From: Promethearchaeota archaeon
GTDB lineage: Archaea > Asgardarchaeota > Heimdallarchaeia > Hodarchaeales > Hodarchaeaceae
Assembly (NCBI GenBank): GCA_048938105.1
Contig: JBHLMN010000013.1
Location: 1-64,000 of the forward strand
DNA length: 64,000 nucleotides
Direction of reading: 5' to 3'
Position 1 is the first letter of the stretch, and every line of letters begins with the position of its first letter. Below are positions 61,786 to 64,000 of the stretch, piece by piece. A model generated the notes under the pieces. That model ran no database searches. It was not told the origin of the DNA and saw only the letters and a program-made list of their open reading frames with translations. Both the position numbers and the translations under genes were made by a program.

Positions 61786-61932
61786 ATGAAAAGTATTAGC
61801 GAACAGAAAGAAAATTTACGATCATCCACAGATAATAAACGAATTTCAAAAGATATTAGACTTAGAAATCAAGATCATGAAACTAAATGGTTGCCAAAAA
61901 GAGGTAACCATTACGTTATAATTGAATGGTGA
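61786..61932 (+). CDS. 48-aa hypothetical microprotein (below the track cutoff)
   Basis: MKSISEQKENLRSSTDNKRISKDIRLRNQDHETKWLPKRGNHYVIIEW*, just downstream of a regulon promoter, weak SD GGGA. Confidence 0.5.
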   Translation: MKSISEQKENLRSSTDNKRISKDIRLRNQDHETKWLPKRGNHYVIIEW

Positions 61933-61997
61933 CATGTCCATCTGATTCATTACCCAATATGAAATTTAATAATCCATGAATAAGAGGATGATCAGAA

Positions 61998-62210
61998 TTG
62001 GCACTTAAAAACGATTTAGTAACTTCACATAATTTAATACTCAGTTTTATTCTATTATCAAGCATTTATATGATTGTATTTGACTGGAGAATTATTATTT
62101 TCGCCATTATTATAGTCTCAATATTTGGAGGCTATTTGGCTTTTATCTCTGTAGGATTCATGGATTTAGATTATAGAACAAAAAATGAAAAAAAGAATTT
62201 GGAAGAATGA
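61998..62210 (+). CDS. Small two-TM membrane protein
   Basis: SD GAGGA, TTG start, two hydrophobic helices. Confidence 0.6.
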   Translation: MALKNDLVTSHNLILSFILLSSIYMIVFDWRIIIFAIIIVSIFGGYLAFISVGFMDLDYRTKNEKKNLEE

Positions 62211-62446
62211 AAATGACAATAAAAGAAGGAATATACCCATTCTCTCAAACAACATTAAGAAAAGATCGTGTTAGTTCATTAGAACTAAATAGTGTGAGAT
62301 CTAAAGCCATATTAGAGCAAAATTACATGAGTTTAAAAGGTTTAGACGACGAACTTTTTAAAACTCTTTCAGAGAAATCGTTTAAAGAAGCTAAAGAAGT
62401 CACGTATGAATTAATTGAAGAAGATAATGAAAATCCTTATCTATAA
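62207..62446 (+). CDS. Small hypothetical protein
   Basis: ATGA overlap with the previous ORF. Confidence 0.6.
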   Translation: MKMTIKEGIYPFSQTTLRKDRVSSLELNSVRSKAILEQNYMSLKGLDDELFKTLSEKSFKEAKEVTYELIEEDNENPYL

Positions 62447-62735
62447 GGTATTTTCTTGATCTTTATCTTAACCAAAGACAAGATACAGAGAATCAATCGT
62501 TAAACTAAAGGAACCAATCAATCTAGGGAAATAATCGTCTAAGTTCAAAATGTCAATTAATACGTATAAAACTGGCATCTATGATATCAATCATCTTATT
62601 CATTCTTTCAAAAGAGACATTTCATTTCTATCTTATTAATCAATATTAATGTACATAAAGTACCTATCTTAATCTTGTAGTTATTTGTTTTTTAATTCTA
62701 TAATTTAGATTTTTCTCACATAATCGTTTTTTTTT

Positions 62736-62790
62736 TGTACATACGTTTTATAAATTCTTGATTAATATAATTACCTGACCTGAAAAGGTC
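62736..62790 (+). promoter_or_regulatory. Shared regulon promoter of microproteins B/C
   Basis: TGTAC-ATACG-TTTTATAAA-N22-GACC-TGAAAA-GGTC. Confidence 0.7.
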
Positions 62791-62842
62791 AAAAAACAAG
62801 TCAGATGTTCTATGAAGAGTATCTGTAAAATAAGAAGAAAAA
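62771..62842 (+). ncRNA. Conserved structured 5' leader, copy B (candidate cis-regulatory RNA)
   Basis: Hairpin UGACCU-GAAA-AGGUCA (GNRA loop) and 10-bp stem 62802-62811/62816-62825 with an AUGA loop; 69/72 identical to copy A. Confidence 0.6.
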
Positions 62843-62866
62843 TTGATCAAGGAGGATTTGAAATAA

Positions 62867-63079
62867 ATGATGAGCCTACCGCGATCTAAAGAAGTTAAAG
62901 AAAAAATTTGTAAGGATTTCTTTCCAAACTGCACATATTGCACTTGCTATAGCATGTGCTTTCCCACAAATGAAACAGAAGATTTATCATCTCAAGCTCT
63001 CTTAGAACAAGAAAAAGCATTTAGAGAAGCACAATTATCATCAGAAACCCTAGTTGGTTTGAAAGAATCAACTACTTAA
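62867..63079 (+). CDS. Cys-rich microprotein copy B (70 aa), C-x6-C-x2-C-x5-C
   Basis: KEKICKDFFPNCTYCTCYSMCFP; SD GGAGG. Confidence 0.85.
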   Translation: MMSLPRSKEVKEKICKDFFPNCTYCTCYSMCFPTNETEDLSSQALLEQEKAFREAQLSSETLVGLKESTT

Positions 63080-63191
63080 CTAAATAGCTAAGTACTTCCA
63101 GATATATAATTAAACAAAATCACAAGCTAGAAGTTCTATTAAGACTATCAACAAAATAAGAAGAAAATAAGAGCAAGAAGGTATGAAATAA

Positions 63192-63389
63192 ATGATGGAT
63201 CCAAAAGCAAAAGAAAAAATTTGTAAAGATTTCTATCCAAATTGCAGATATTGCACTTGCTTCAGTATGTGCTTCCCTAATTGTCTAGCTCAAGATGTAT
63301 CATCTCAAGCCCTTTTAAGACAAGAAAATAGGAGAATAAAGGAATCACATATAACGCCCAGGGTTTCTTTAGTACTAAATAATTCTTAG
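63192..63389 (+). CDS. Cys-rich microprotein copy C (65 aa), tandem paralog of B
   Basis: KEKICKDFYPNCRYCTCFSMCFPNC; SD GAAGGT; degenerate leader at 63122-63167. Confidence 0.85.
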   Translation: MMDPKAKEKICKDFYPNCRYCTCFSMCFPNCLAQDVSSQALLRQENRRIKESHITPRVSLVLNNS

Positions 63390-63588
63390 AATAGAAAAAT
63401 TAGACCCTCGCTTAAAAACGAGTCTATCTTTCAAAAAGATAAAGTCTGATGAAAGAGCTAATGTAACTATCCCTTTTAACTTCAATTTTCAGCATTCTTA
63501 AGTAAGCTTTTGCCATTTATTTTATACTGTGTTTTTTCAAAACAGTAAAATTGAATCCACATTAGATTCTTAAATATGATACTCCTTT

Positions 63589-63999
63589 TCAGCTCACTTT
63601 AGATAATTTCTTTATCAAAGAAAATAATTTCAGATCGGTATAATCTTTCACTATGAGATCAGCTTTAAATCTGTTTTCGGGTAGATGACTTGAATTAACA
63701 ATAACGACCGTCATAAAATTTTTTTTTGCTGCAATTGCACCAAGAGAGGAATCCTCAAAAACTAAACAATTATCTGGACTTACCTGAAGATCCTTAACAA
63801 CTGAACTTAAAAGGCGATCCTTAGAGGCTTTATAAGAACCTTGTTCTGCACTATAATACTTGATGTGATGTAAATATCCGATAGCGTTTAAGGTAGTTTC
63901 TATACTAGAAGGATGGCCATTAGATGCAATAACAATAGGAATAGGGGGTATCGATATTGTTTTTAGCCAATTAAAAAACTTTGAAAACCCATTAATCTC
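63589..63999 (-). CDS. HAD-superfamily phosphatase (beta-PGM-like), 5'-truncated by the window edge
   Basis: Minus frame reads ...IVIASNG...K...VSPDNCLVFEDSSLGAIAAK...ADLIVKDY...*. Confidence 0.85.
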   Translation of the reverse strand, partial: EINGFSKFFNWLKTISIPPIPIVIASNGHPSSIETTLNAIGYLHHIKYYSAEQGSYKASKDRLLSSVVKDLQVSPDNCLVFEDSSLGAIAAKKNFMTVVIVNSSHLPENRFKADLIVKDYTDLKLFSLIKKLSKVS

Positions 64000-64000
64000 T

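Noticed and set aside
367-62943. Many short track ORFs (e.g. 367-558, 2410-2622, 16259-16561, 28743-29141, 33790-34206, 46109-46513, 46852-47157, 62716-62943)
   Set aside because: Antisense or out-of-frame shadows of well-supported genes, or AT-rich intergenic frames with no SD or motif support
62867-63389. RiPP precursors or classical ferredoxins
   Set aside because: No radical SAM, YcaO or transporter genes nearby; the Cys spacing fits C-x6-C-x2-C-x5-C rather than CxxCxxCxxxCP

Overview
Low-GC archaeal chromosomal window, most likely Asgard (Heimdallarchaeia/Hodarchaeales-like). This assignment is an inference from archaeal housekeeping genes (Nep1, Lrp regulators, GvpD-like ATPase, GGTG Shine-Dalgarno sites and TATA boxes) together with eukaryotic-signature domains (gelsolin, longin, uDENN-like). 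The window contains: housekeeping and hypothetical genes (1-26.8 kb); a leucine-catabolism (methylcrotonyl-CoA carboxylase) operon interrupted by a stand-alone TnpB with a rearranged RuvC-II; a nitrilase-nadE pair; a split glutamate-synthase-like cluster with an Lrp regulator; a short AlaRS; and a malic enzyme plus complex-I-like group 4 [NiFe]-hydrogenase operon. The most novel signal lies around the hydrogenase block. Three 51-70 aa microproteins consist of little more than an EndoIII/MutY-type [4Fe-4S] loop motif (C-x6-C-x2-C-x5-C); one copy (47299-47454, minus strand) is absent from the ORF track. Two of the copies flank the ~15 kb block in inverted orientation and share a 72-nt two-hairpin 5' leader that is more conserved (69/72) than their coding cores (55/69). 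Those two copies, the malic-enzyme/hydrogenase operon and a small-ORF cluster all share one exactly spaced promoter architecture (TGTAC-N5-TATA-N22-GACC-N6-GG[TC]), which suggests an undescribed Fe-S/redox regulon. No rRNA, tRNA or CRISPR array was seen.
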